A DNA stretch of 39,490 nt from an uncultured Thermoanaerobaculia bacterium (GCA_964497785.1 CAZCEX010000002.1:1-39490); one strand, 5' to 3'; positions 7,987 to 17,451 are shown, counted from the stretch's first letter. The notes: generated by a model from the sequence alone, not told the origin. Translations and numbers: made by a program.

Positions 7987-10070
7987 TCGGATCCCTCCTC
8001 GACTCCTGAGACCACTCGATTGTGGAAACGGTCAAAAGCTCGGACGACGACGAGGTGGCGACCGGGCTCCTTTGCAACTGTAAACCGCTCCTCGGGACCG
8101 TCGAGCAAACCATCAGCCGGCGCCAACGAGGTCCATCTTTCACCATCCCGAGCCATTTCGACCTTCGCCAGAGGCGAGGCGTCGCGCACCTCGATGATCC
8201 AGACGTCATCTCCCGGCCGCAGCTCGATCACTGGGGGCGAATTATCGACAGTGATCCAACGGCTCAAACCCACATCCTCGAGGGCGCCACTGGAGTTCAC
8301 CGGCGCATCCGACGCCGTGAGTCTGAAATGATACCGACCGTCGGGTACAGCGGTGGTGTCGATCGCCAGCTGCTCCTCCTCGAGGCGGCTGCGAATCGGC
8401 AATCGAAACCCATCTTCCCGCTCCATTTCGAGCGTGAAGATCATCGCATCACTGTTGGGGTCGGCAGCCACCCACGAAACCGTTCGAAAACCCACCTGAT
8501 AGTACTTCTTGCCCTTGCTGCCGTTTGAACTCTGCCGCGGTTTGTTTCCGAGGGTCGTAAAGACCCCTTCAAATGTCGGGTGCGCCTGAAAGATCACCGG
8601 TCCCGAAGGGGGCGGTGCCGACAGATACACCACACCCGGGGCCTCGACTACCACAGCTTGGATGACCGGCGCCTGGTTGATCTCTTTCCATGCCACCTCT
8701 ACGCGCTCGACAACGCCGTCTTCGGGGAGTTCGATCTCCCATTGCAGCGCTCTTCCGAGCTCGACGTTCACCGGGCCTTCGCTCGCCGACGAGAAATCGG
8801 TCCAGGGCATCCAGAGGGGATCCGGGTTCGAGCTTCCCCCACCGCGAAACCGAATTCGAGTTTCCTGACCGGAGGGAACCACCCGATAGGTCCCGAACCT
8901 CACCGGCCGCGGGAACTCCTTCGCGTCGCTGCGAAACCGCGGCGGGTGATCCGGATCCTCGCCGCGCTCAAAGACCCCCGCCGGGCCCTGAGTCACGAGT
9001 GCCCGGCCGTCGGAAACAAAAGCAGTGACCTGCACTGCGTCGACAGTCGCCAGGCGGGCGCCGCCGTCGCGACCGAAGCGCCACACCTCGCCCTCGAAAC
9101 CGGTGCCCACAAGAACGCCGTCACCATCCACCGCGAGGGCTGTCGCCACCTGCTTCGGGAACCTGTGAACAGACAGCAACCCTCCTTCCGGGGTAATGCG
9201 AACAAGCTCCGAGGTTGCCGTCTTCCCGTTGACCTTCGGGAGGTCGAGGTCGAGGCTCACGGCAGTCGTTTGGGCCCCATTCTCACTCCCGTTCGTCGAG
9301 CTCTTTGAAACGGCCTCGGGCGCTACCGGGGGCTCTCCAACCAGGGCTGTCGCCCACATCATGCCATCGGCGGCGACGACGAGGCCCGAAATCTCCGTAA
9401 AGGGACTGTCGACCAAGAGGGATGGGCGGCCGTTGCCATCGACCCGAATCACCAGTCCCTTGCCCGATGTTCCGGCCAAAAGGACGTCCCCATCCGTGGT
9501 GACTGTTCTGACAAAATCATCGGGGAGCTCGAGCCAGCGCACGAGGCCGGCCTCGGTGACTCGAAACAACGCCGCCGGCGGCCCAGCGGCGACGATGACG
9601 GCGCCGTCGAACTCGCAGATGTCCCAGAATCCGCCTTCTCCCAACCGCGCTACTTCTTCGATGTCGCGCCCATTCCAGCGGAGAAGTGCGCCGGGCGCCA
9701 CTGTGCTCGCCCAGACCTCACCGTCTGCCGCTACCAGGACAGCGGTCGCCTGCTCCCCCGGGAGCTCGGCCATCAACTCAGCCGTGCCCTTGCGCACCCG
9801 GTAAAGACGGGCCGGATGACCGGTGGCGACCACCAGGTCGCCATTGGGCATTCGGTCTACGGCGAGCACGACCGGCTCGTCCAGAGTCACCGACGCCCGC
9901 CACCGCTGAACCGTTTCGAGGCGGCCGTCCACCGTTACGGCCACTCCGTCGCCCCGCCCTCCAAGCAGCTCTTGGGCGGTATCGGCCACCCACCAGGTCG
10001 TCTCACTGGCCCCAAGGCCGCTGGCGATGAGGACCAGTGCTCCAAACAGAAAATTTCCACTCCGTGTCAT
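7983..10070 (-). CDS. Large secreted repeat protein (N-terminal propeller-like half, C-terminal beta-sandwich-like half), function unknown (695 aa)
   Basis: ORF 7983..10088 trimmed to the ATG at 10070, which forms an ATGA overlap with the S55 peptidase stop. Signal peptide MTRSGNFLFGALVLIASGLGA. Recurrent short beta-strand units (DGxxW/V...G.L.R) suggest a propeller. No named family recognised. Confidence 0.7.
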   Translation of the reverse strand: MTRSGNFLFGALVLIASGLGASETTWWVADTAQELLGGRGDGVAVTVDGRLETVQRWRASVTLDEPVVLAVDRMPNGDLVVATGHPARLYRVRKGTAELMAELPGEQATAVLVAADGEVWASTVAPGALLRWNGRDIEEVARLGEGGFWDICEFDGAVIVAAGPPAALFRVTEAGLVRWLELPDDFVRTVTTDGDVLLAGTSGKGLVIRVDGNGRPSLLVDSPFTEISGLVVAADGMMWATALVGEPPVAPEAVSKSSTNGSENGAQTTAVSLDLDLPKVNGKTATSELVRITPEGGLLSVHRFPKQVATALAVDGDGVLVGTGFEGEVWRFGRDGGARLATVDAVQVTAFVSDGRALVTQGPAGVFERGEDPDHPPRFRSDAKEFPRPVRFGTYRVVPSGQETRIRFRGGGSSNPDPLWMPWTDFSSASEGPVNVELGRALQWEIELPEDGVVERVEVAWKEINQAPVIQAVVVEAPGVVYLSAPPPSGPVIFQAHPTFEGVFTTLGNKPRQSSNGSKGKKYYQVGFRTVSWVAADPNSDAMIFTLEMEREDGFRLPIRSRLEEEQLAIDTTAVPDGRYHFRLTASDAPVNSSGALEDVGLSRWITVDNSPPVIELRPGDDVWIIEVRDASPLAKVEMARDGERWTSLAPADGLLDGPEERFTVAKEPGRHLVVVRAFDRFHNRVVSGVEEGSE

Positions 10071-11908
10071 CGACTCACACCATCCCACTCGACCCTTGGG
10101 CGGACCTCGAGCCGAACCCGGGTCGCACCGAGCACCGGGCCGCTCGTTTGGGTGTCGGCCCGCGCAACGACTCGATACGACACCGTCTTCAGGCCTTCAC
10201 CAAGCCCCGAATGCAACGAGGCGACAACTCCCGGGGGCGCCGCCACGGTCCCTCCGGGAAGCACCACGCTCGTGCCCGGGGTTTCGAGGGCAACCACGAT
10301 GTTCCTTGATGATTCCAGGCGTTTCAGGAGACGAAGTTCATCCTCGAAAGAGGCCGGCTGCAGGGGCCGCGCCCCGAGATCGTAGGCCGTCCAGGAGGCG
10401 CCGTCGGCGACCACGAGGTCGAGCCGGCCATCGGCCATCTGCCGGGGAACTTCCACCTCGAGCATTACGGTCTCGATGGCGCCACCTTCCCGCAGCAAGC
10501 GGACTCGCACCCTGATCGAGTCTCCCGGCGCGACCAGCCGTCGATCCGGCACGATATCCAATATCGAAGCGCCCTGCAGCCCGTCGCGCGAAGCCAGGGC
10601 TACCGCAGTAGACTGAATAGCGACCGGGGCGAACGGCGAGTTCGCCAGATACCCGAGCACAGCCGACGTCCAGGCGGCACACTGGGCTGGAGCATCTCCC
10701 CCCTGAAAGGTCTGGTCGAGAACGAGAGACTCACCGTCCACGAACTCGACCCGAAGACCGATATCGACCGTTTGAAGGCCAAAGCTCCGCCCCCGAGCTG
10801 CGTGAGACGCGTACACCATGAACCCACTCAACAGCGGATTGAGGAGAGGGTGCTCAACGATTCCGAAGCGGTAGACCCTGTCGGACGTTGCAACCTCCAA
10901 CGGCCCGAGTCGCGGCGCCTCACCGAGCTTCGCCAGGACCCCGTGCGCCCGGTCGGCGGTGAGCGATCCGATGATCGGACCGACATTGAACATTTTGAAT
11001 GAGGACACGAGGCTCGGCAGAATGGTGACCACGGAAGCACGAGCCAGAGGAATACGAATCGCGCCTCCAGCGAGAAAGGGATGACCGAAGGCCCAAACCA
11101 CATCGTCCCGGACCTCCGTAACGGTACCGCCGGCGGCGAGGTGGGCATCACCGTTCACCATCACCGCCGCCACCATCGACCCTGGCTGCAGCGGCTCGGG
11201 GGGCGCTGTCACAAGACCGCTTCCCACCGGCGAAGCCACCCAACCCATTCGGCGCCACGCCGCCGCAGTCCAGTCGAGGTCTCTCATGCCGGCGCCCAGT
11301 CCACCAACGGCGACGGGAAACGACCTCACCATCTCTTCGCCTTCCGGAGCCAACCAGTCCAGTACGGTGTCCGCAAGACGCCCCTCGGCCATCGCACCGA
11401 GAATGTCTTCGAGCGGCGGCCTCCCTCCAACTGCGACGACCGGGGTCGCCGGGTTGTCCACCGCCAGATTCTGCATCCGGACAAAGGGGGTCACGCCTCC
11501 GATCGGTTCCGTCGCGAACTGCCATCCAAAGGCCAAGGCGCCGAGCAATCTCCCTTCAATATAAACAGGAGAACCGCTCATTCCGGCCGCTATGCCAACC
11601 TCTTCGAAGCGCTCGTGTTCGAGCCGAATCAGGACGATTTCGTCCTCCGGTCCGTTCGGACCCATGACCCCGAGTATACGAACCGGAATCTCGAGCAGGA
11701 CGCCACCTTCAACCTCGGTGACGCACACTCCCCTGTCCCCCGGCTGCAGATCCGACGGGTCGATGACCTCGACAGAGGCGACGACGGATGACACGGCCAC
11801 GGCGCACAACGCCAGAAAAATGCAACGGGCAACCACAACCGGCACATTGTACCCGCAAACGCGGTGAACCCCATGACCGGCTGAGTCGTTGTCATCTCGC
11901 ACGGGCAT
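10067..11908 (-). CDS. SpoIVB-like serine peptidase, family S55 domain protein (up to 613 aa)
   Basis: Motif GIAAGMSGSPVYIEGRLLGALAFGW...EPIGGVTPF matches the S55 catalytic-serine region (GMSGSP). The start is uncertain. The ATG at 11908 lacks an SD. An in-frame GTG at 11845 would give the signal-peptide-like N-terminus MPVVVARCIFLALCAVAVSSVVA. Confidence 0.75.
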   Translation of the reverse strand: MPVRDDNDSAGHGVHRVCGYNVPVVVARCIFLALCAVAVSSVVASVEVIDPSDLQPGDRGVCVTEVEGGVLLEIPVRILGVMGPNGPEDEIVLIRLEHERFEEVGIAAGMSGSPVYIEGRLLGALAFGWQFATEPIGGVTPFVRMQNLAVDNPATPVVAVGGRPPLEDILGAMAEGRLADTVLDWLAPEGEEMVRSFPVAVGGLGAGMRDLDWTAAAWRRMGWVASPVGSGLVTAPPEPLQPGSMVAAVMVNGDAHLAAGGTVTEVRDDVVWAFGHPFLAGGAIRIPLARASVVTILPSLVSSFKMFNVGPIIGSLTADRAHGVLAKLGEAPRLGPLEVATSDRVYRFGIVEHPLLNPLLSGFMVYASHAARGRSFGLQTVDIGLRVEFVDGESLVLDQTFQGGDAPAQCAAWTSAVLGYLANSPFAPVAIQSTAVALASRDGLQGASILDIVPDRRLVAPGDSIRVRVRLLREGGAIETVMLEVEVPRQMADGRLDLVVADGASWTAYDLGARPLQPASFEDELRLLKRLESSRNIVVALETPGTSVVLPGGTVAAPPGVVASLHSGLGEGLKTVSYRVVARADTQTSGPVLGATRVRLEVRPRVEWDGVSR

Positions 11909-11918
11909 GCGATAGAAT
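11889..11918 (+). promoter_or_regulatory. Putative sigma70 promoter for the TPR/cNMP-binding gene
   Basis: TTGTCA (11889-11894), 18 nt, then TAGAAT (11913-11918), about 19 nt before the ATG at 11937. It lies inside the longest version of the divergent S55 ORF. Confidence 0.35.
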
Positions 11919-11936
11919 CAAAGGTCCGGAAAGCTG

Positions 11937-13649
11937 ATGAGCAAATCTATAACTCCACACCCGTCCCTGGTCGAGCGACTCGTCGCCCTGGCGCGACGAC
12001 TGCGGTCTTTCCACCGCCCCGCCGAGGCTGCCGAGCTGCTCGAGGTTGCCGCGACGCTTTCTCCCCGAGGCAGTCAATTGCGCGAGGAGGCGCAGGCCGC
12101 TCGTGAAGAAGAGGGCATGGAGGATTTTGATCGCGAGTTCAAACGCCGCAACCTCGAGGCATCCCACGCCCTCGGCATGGCCCACATATTCGAGAATCGT
12201 GGCGAGTTCGGTCGTGCCGTCGAGATGATCGATCTCGCCAAGCTCCGAACGCCATTCAACTACCTCGCATACACCACCGCCGGGTTTCTCAATCTTCGCC
12301 ACAACGAGGCGGCCGTCGCCCTCCAGGAGTTCACCCAAGCACGGCGCCTCAATCCACTGGATTACAGGCTCGCTGTCGAGACCTCACGCTGCGCCCTGGA
12401 GACCGAGCAGTTCGAGATCGCACTCGAAAACGCTATCGATGCAATTCTGTTGTCTGCCTGGCGAAGCGAGCACGAGCAGGAGCAAGAGAGGCGTCGTCTG
12501 GACACCCTCACCCGCCTGTGCTCGCTCGAAAACGCCGAAATCGACGCGCTGATGCGCAAACGCAGCGCCGCCCTCCAGAAGGCGTGCGACCACGTCGCTC
12601 TCAGTCAAGCTCGGATCTTCTCGTCCAGTCGCACCCGGCATGGCAGGCCCGCGCCCGTCAAGGTCGGCCAGCCCCACTCCAATCTCCTCGAACAGGCCAA
12701 CGAGCTGCGCTCGATGGGGTTGTTCCGCCACTTCACCGACGACCAACTCATCGCGCTCGCGCAGCTGGTTCGAACACAGAAGATAGAGCACGCCGAGGTC
12801 ATCTTCCGTGAAGATCAGGAAGGACGGGACCTTTATCTCGTGCGCCGAGGAACCGTGCACATCACCCGCAAGACACCGGCCGGCACCCAGATCCTCACCA
12901 CACTGGGATTCGGCTCTCTGTTCGGCGAGGTATCGTATCTCGACAGCGCCGTTCGATCGGCGACCGCCTTCGGCGTCGGATCCGGAAGCCTGTTCGTCAT
13001 TCCGGCGGCCGCCCTCGACATCGCGGTTCAGGAAAACCGCGACCTCGCGGTGAGCATGCTGTGGAGCTTCTGGCACACCCTCGCCGGCAAGGTGAGAGCG
13101 GCGAACTCGCAGATGAGTGAGTTCTTCAGCGCCCCGGACCGCCCCATGGAACCTGAAGAGCATGCCGAAGGGGAACCCGCGCAGGTCTCCGAGCAGACCA
13201 AGCTCGACATCTTGCGCGAGCAGGGCTTGTCCGCACAGGAGATGCGCCTTCTCGCCAAGTACAGCCGCGAGGAGCACTTCAAACCCGGATCGATGGTCTT
13301 TGCCGAAGGCGAGCACGGCGACAGCCTATACATCGTGGTCAACGGCAACATTCGCATCTCTCGCATGGTCCCGGGCATGGGAGAAGAGTGCCTCACGATT
13401 CTCTCCCGAGGCGACGTTTTCGGCGAGATGGCGCTCATCGACGAGCAGCCGCGATCGGCCGATGCGCGAGCACACAACGGTGGATCCACGGTGTTCTCGA
13501 TCAGTCGCACCCTTCTCGAAGAGGTCCTTTCGATGGACCCCGACGCCGCCGTACAATTTCTGTCCCTGCTGTGCCGCCTGCTCTGCCGAAGACTGCGCGC
13601 CATGAACGAACGCCTCGTCGCCTGGCGCATCATGGCCAGCCACCAGTAG
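11937..13649 (+). CDS. TPR-like N-terminal domain protein with two cyclic-nucleotide-binding (cNMP/CAP-effector) domains (570 aa)
   Basis: Two copies of the cNMP-binding signature: GRDLYLVRRGTVHI...GFGSLFGEVSYLDSAVRSATA and GDSLYIVVNGNIRI...SRGDVFGEMALIDEQPRSADARA. The helical N-terminal ~200 aa are repeat-like. No HTH or enzymatic output domain is seen. Confidence 0.85.
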   Translation: MSKSITPHPSLVERLVALARRLRSFHRPAEAAELLEVAATLSPRGSQLREEAQAAREEEGMEDFDREFKRRNLEASHALGMAHIFENRGEFGRAVEMIDLAKLRTPFNYLAYTTAGFLNLRHNEAAVALQEFTQARRLNPLDYRLAVETSRCALETEQFEIALENAIDAILLSAWRSEHEQEQERRRLDTLTRLCSLENAEIDALMRKRSAALQKACDHVALSQARIFSSSRTRHGRPAPVKVGQPHSNLLEQANELRSMGLFRHFTDDQLIALAQLVRTQKIEHAEVIFREDQEGRDLYLVRRGTVHITRKTPAGTQILTTLGFGSLFGEVSYLDSAVRSATAFGVGSGSLFVIPAAALDIAVQENRDLAVSMLWSFWHTLAGKVRAANSQMSEFFSAPDRPMEPEEHAEGEPAQVSEQTKLDILREQGLSAQEMRLLAKYSREEHFKPGSMVFAEGEHGDSLYIVVNGNIRISRMVPGMGEECLTILSRGDVFGEMALIDEQPRSADARAHNGGSTVFSISRTLLEEVLSMDPDAAVQFLSLLCRLLCRRLRAMNERLVAWRIMASHQ

Positions 13650-13787
13650 GGTCCTCCCCGGAATACAACAATCGTCAGACCGTTGCCTGAAGCGGGTGCG
13701 GCGACTGGACTGATCATCAGGGGAGCGCGAGATTGTCAGAACCGCTGCCGCTTTATTCCGTACAACGGCGAGGAATAGGAGGGATTC

Positions 13788-16700
13788 ATGCGTTTCAGGT
13801 TCATCTCGTGTCTGGTCATCGTCCTGCTGGCTTCGGCGGGATTTTCTGCTGCCGGGATCGATGCCCGGATGCTTCGTTTTCCGGACGTTTCGGACTCTCA
13901 GATCGCCTTCGTCTATGCCGGCGACATCTGGGTCGTCGAAAAGGAGGGCGGAGTCGCCCGCCGTCTGTCCTCGCCCGCCGGCGAAGAGACCTTCCCCCGG
14001 TTTTCGCCGGACGGATCGACCATTGCTTTCTCCGGAAACTACGATGGCAATACGGATGTTTATGTGGTTCCGGCGGGCGGCGGCGAGGCCCTGCGGGTCA
14101 CGCACCACCCTGAAGATGACCGATTCCTCGATTGGACGCCCAACGGCGACGAGCTCCTCTTCGCCAGCAGCATGACCTCTGGCACGCGGCGTTTCAGCCA
14201 GATCTGGCGGGTTCCTGCGACTGGAGGAATGCCGCAGAGGCTTGCAGTGCCCTACGGCGAGTTCGGCGTGATCTCCCCCGACGGGCGCACGTTGGCCTAC
14301 CAACCGGCCTCTCGAGATTTCCGGACGTGGAAACGCTACAGGGGCGGCCTGGCGCCGGACATCTGGCTTTATGACCTCGAGGACAAGACCGCTCAGAATC
14401 TGACCGACAACGTGGCCAACGACTCACAGCCGATGTGGCATGCACACACGCTCTACTTTCTGTCTGACCGCGGAGCGGGCATGCGGTCCAACATCTGGGC
14501 TCTCGAGCTCGACTCCGGTGCGACGCACCAGGTGACCGGCTTCGAGGACTTCGATGTTCGCTTCCCGGCCATCGGACCGGCCGAGATCGTTTTCGAAGCG
14601 GGAGGCGCCTTGTACCTGCTCGACCTCGCCTCTGAGGCGGTGCGAGAGGTGGCCGTCGAGGTCGTGACCGATGCAGCAACGCTGCGCCCACGCACCGTGG
14701 GGGTGGCGGATCTCCTCTCCTCCGGTGATATCTCACCCTCTGGCAAGAGAGCCGTGTTCGAGGCGCGGGGCGACCTCTTTACCGTGCCCGCCGAACACGG
14801 ACCGGTGCGAAATATCACGGGCTCCTCAGCCGCTCGCGAGCGTTTCCCCGCCTGGTCGCCCGATGGCGCCGAACTCGCCTACTGGAGCGATCAGAGCGGC
14901 GAGTGGCAGCTCTACTTCAGGCCCGCCGACGGAACCGGAGAGGCACGCAAGCTGACCGACTTCGGGCCGGGTTACCGTTTTCAGCCCTACTGGTCGCCCA
15001 ACGGCGAGACGATCGCCTTCATCGACAACGAGCAGGTGATCCGCTTGATCGACGTCGAGAGCGGGACCCTGACCGCCGTCGATACCCTGCTGTGGAACTC
15101 TTCGTTCCCCGCCCTCGACGCTTTCACCATGAGCTGGTCCTCGGACAGCCGTTGGTTGGCCTATGACAAAGCTCTCGAAAGCCAGATGACGGCGCTCTTC
15201 CTCTTCGACAGCAATTCGAAGGAACTGCACCAGGTCACGACCGGTTTCTACGACACCTTGGGACCTGTCTTCGATGTCGAGGGGGACTACCTCTTCTGTC
15301 TGGTCAACCGCGAGTTCTCACCCTCGTACTCGGACTTCGACGGCACCTGGATCTACGCCAATGCAACCCGCCTGGCCGCCATCCCCTTACGGAAGGACGT
15401 CGCTTCGCCTCTGGCGCCCCGATCCGATGAGGAGGAGGCCGAAGAGCACGACGAAGAGGGCGACGGCGAAAAAGACGGCGAGGATAGCGACGACGCCGAC
15501 GACGCTGAGGAAGACGGCGAGGACAAAGACGCAGAAGAACCGATCGAGATAGATCTTGATGACTTCGGGAGCCGCATGGTTCTGTTGCCACCAGAGGCCG
15601 GCAACTACGGTCGTCTGGCCTCGGTCGAGGGCAAGTTGCTGTACGTCGAAACACCACGCACCGGCGTCGGTGAAGGAGCGGAACCGACCCTCAAGATGTG
15701 GGACCTCGAGGAGCGCGAGGCCAAAGATGTCATCGCAGGCGTCGGCGACTTCGCCCTCTCAGCGGACGGAGAAAAGATCCTGGTAGCAGCCGGGGGTTCG
15801 TTCGCGATCATCGACCCGGCGCCCGGACAAGAAATGGAGAAGCCGCTGCGGACCCAGGAGATGAAGAGTGTCGTCGACCCGCGCTCCGAGTGGCGGCAAA
15901 TCTTCGACGACGTATGGCGCACCGAGCGGGACTTCTTCTACGACCCGGCGATGCACGGCGTCGACTGGCAAGAGATGCAGGAACGCTACGGCGCCCTGAT
16001 CGACGACTGTGTGACCCGCTGGGACGTCAACTTCGTGATCGGCGAGCTCATCGGTGAGCTCAACGTTTCGCACTCCTATCGCGGCGGCGGCGACCTCGAG
16101 GCGGCCGCACGTCATCAGGTCGGCCTGCTCGGCGTGGACTGGGGTCGGAACGAGGGTCAGTGGCAGATCTCGCGTATCGTCGCGCCTGCTTCATGGGAGA
16201 TGGAGACACGGTCACCGCTCGATCTGCCCGGAGTTGACGTTTCCGAAGGCGACTACGTGCTCGCTGTCAACGGCCGACCCCTGGCCGATGCGCCGAACCC
16301 CTGGGCCGGTTTCCAGGGACTCGCGGGCCAGACCGTAGAGCTGACCGTTAATGCACAGCCGACATTCGAAGATTCCCGAACCGTGCTCGTCGAAACCATG
16401 TCGAACGAAGGCCGACTGCGCAATCTCGAGTGGATAGAGAACAACCGCCGCCGGGTCGCCGAAGCCAGCAACGGCCGGATCGGTTACGTCTTCGTGCCGG
16501 ATACCGGCGTCAACGGGCAGAGTGAGCTGGTGCGCCAGTTCCTACCCCAGGCGACGCGCGACGGGTTGATCGTCGACGAGCGGTTCAACGGCGGCGGCCA
16601 GTGGCCGGACCGATTTATCGAGCTGCTCGACCGACCACGAACCGGTTACATTCACCTTCGCAATGGCAACGACCCGGCACTGTCGCCACACTCGCGACCG

Positions 16701-17081
16701 GGGCCGACGGTCATGCTCGTCAACTCGTGGGCAGGCTCCGGCGGTGACGCATTCCCCTACCTCTTCCGGCGTGCGGCACTGGGACCCATCATCGGCACCC
16801 GCACGTGGGGCGGCCTGGTCGGAATCGCTGGCCGTTACCAGCTGATCGACGGCGGTGCGGTGACCCTTCCGACCCTCGCCCTCTACACGCCCGAGAGCGA
16901 ATGGATGCTCGAAGGCCACGGCCTCGAGCCCGATATCGAGGTGCTCGAGAACCCGGCGGCACTCGCCAAAGGCATCGACCCGCAGCTGGAGAGGGCTATC
17001 GCCGAGGTCGAGAGACTTCTCGCGGAGAATCCCATCCAGCCGACAGCCCCGCCCGTGCCAGGAGACCGTACGGCAAAATAG
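13788..17081 (+). CDS. tri: Tricorn protease homologue (S41B family; beta-propellers, PDZ and peptidase domains; 1097 aa)
   Basis: The N-terminus MLRFPDVSDSQIAFVYAGDIWVVEKEGG...RFSPDGSTIAFSGNYDGNTDVYVVPAGGGEALRVTHHP is the characteristic tricorn start. C-terminal S41 core: NSWAGSGGDAFPYLFR...GTRTWGG. AGGAGGGA SD before the ATG at 13788. Confidence 0.9.
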   Translation: MRFRFISCLVIVLLASAGFSAAGIDARMLRFPDVSDSQIAFVYAGDIWVVEKEGGVARRLSSPAGEETFPRFSPDGSTIAFSGNYDGNTDVYVVPAGGGEALRVTHHPEDDRFLDWTPNGDELLFASSMTSGTRRFSQIWRVPATGGMPQRLAVPYGEFGVISPDGRTLAYQPASRDFRTWKRYRGGLAPDIWLYDLEDKTAQNLTDNVANDSQPMWHAHTLYFLSDRGAGMRSNIWALELDSGATHQVTGFEDFDVRFPAIGPAEIVFEAGGALYLLDLASEAVREVAVEVVTDAATLRPRTVGVADLLSSGDISPSGKRAVFEARGDLFTVPAEHGPVRNITGSSAARERFPAWSPDGAELAYWSDQSGEWQLYFRPADGTGEARKLTDFGPGYRFQPYWSPNGETIAFIDNEQVIRLIDVESGTLTAVDTLLWNSSFPALDAFTMSWSSDSRWLAYDKALESQMTALFLFDSNSKELHQVTTGFYDTLGPVFDVEGDYLFCLVNREFSPSYSDFDGTWIYANATRLAAIPLRKDVASPLAPRSDEEEAEEHDEEGDGEKDGEDSDDADDAEEDGEDKDAEEPIEIDLDDFGSRMVLLPPEAGNYGRLASVEGKLLYVETPRTGVGEGAEPTLKMWDLEEREAKDVIAGVGDFALSADGEKILVAAGGSFAIIDPAPGQEMEKPLRTQEMKSVVDPRSEWRQIFDDVWRTERDFFYDPAMHGVDWQEMQERYGALIDDCVTRWDVNFVIGELIGELNVSHSYRGGGDLEAAARHQVGLLGVDWGRNEGQWQISRIVAPASWEMETRSPLDLPGVDVSEGDYVLAVNGRPLADAPNPWAGFQGLAGQTVELTVNAQPTFEDSRTVLVETMSNEGRLRNLEWIENNRRRVAEASNGRIGYVFVPDTGVNGQSELVRQFLPQATRDGLIVDERFNGGGQWPDRFIELLDRPRTGYIHLRNGNDPALSPHSRPGPTVMLVNSWAGSGGDAFPYLFRRAALGPIIGTRTWGGLVGIAGRYQLIDGGAVTLPTLALYTPESEWMLEGHGLEPDIEVLENPAALAKGIDPQLERAIAEVERLLAENPIQPTAPPVPGDRTAK

Positions 17082-17109
17082 CGGCAATCTATTCCGATCA
17101 ATCGACCAG

Positions 17110-17140
17110 GGCCGGAACCGAGAGGTTCCGGCCTTTTTGT
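17110..17140 (+). terminator. Rho-independent terminator of the tricorn protease gene
   Basis: Perfect 10-bp stem GGCCGGAACC (17110-17119) / GGTTCCGGCC (17124-17133), GAGA loop, followed by TTTTTGT. Confidence 0.75.
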
Positions 17141-17158
17141 CGGTGTTTTCTTGGGCTA

Positions 17159-17410
17159 CGTTGGCCGCAACGAAGAACGAAATAGCGCCCCGGGCGGCGC
17201 GTGCCATTCTTTGCATTGTGCGGTTGGGGGCTCGGGGCACAATGCGAAGGGTGGCAATCCACGGGCAACGCAATGGAAGAACTGGCGCGTAGCGGTCTCG
17301 AGGCCGTAGCGCCGAGGAGTTGCTCAACCGAGCAGCGACGAGCTGGGCGCAGCCCAGAAGCGGCATTTGTGTCTGTCGTCGCGGGGCGGGACTACAGGCG
17401 AAGCCTGCTG
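17159..17410 (-). repeat. Left copy of a structured ~250-280 bp repeat (inverted relative to 18234-18517)
   Basis: The reverse complement is collinear with 18234-18517 in six blocks: 17395-17410 = 18234-18249 (16/16); 17335-17364 ~ 18280-18311; 17304-17319 = 18326-18341 (16/16); 17249-17270 ~ 18376-18396; 17199-17209 = 18458-18468 (11/11); 17159-17173 ~ 18496-18517. It also contains a 13-bp hairpin at 17209-17249. Confidence 0.65.
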
Positions 17411-17451
17411 TGACTACCTCGGTCTCGCAACACCCCAAAGGTCCACCCGGT

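Noticed and set aside
12384-14303. Long minus-strand ORFs 12384..13316, 13028..13717 and 13326..14303
   Set aside because: They are antisense to the cNMP-binding gene and to the 5' end of tri. They have no start context or motifs, and their composition is typical of GC-rich shadow frames.
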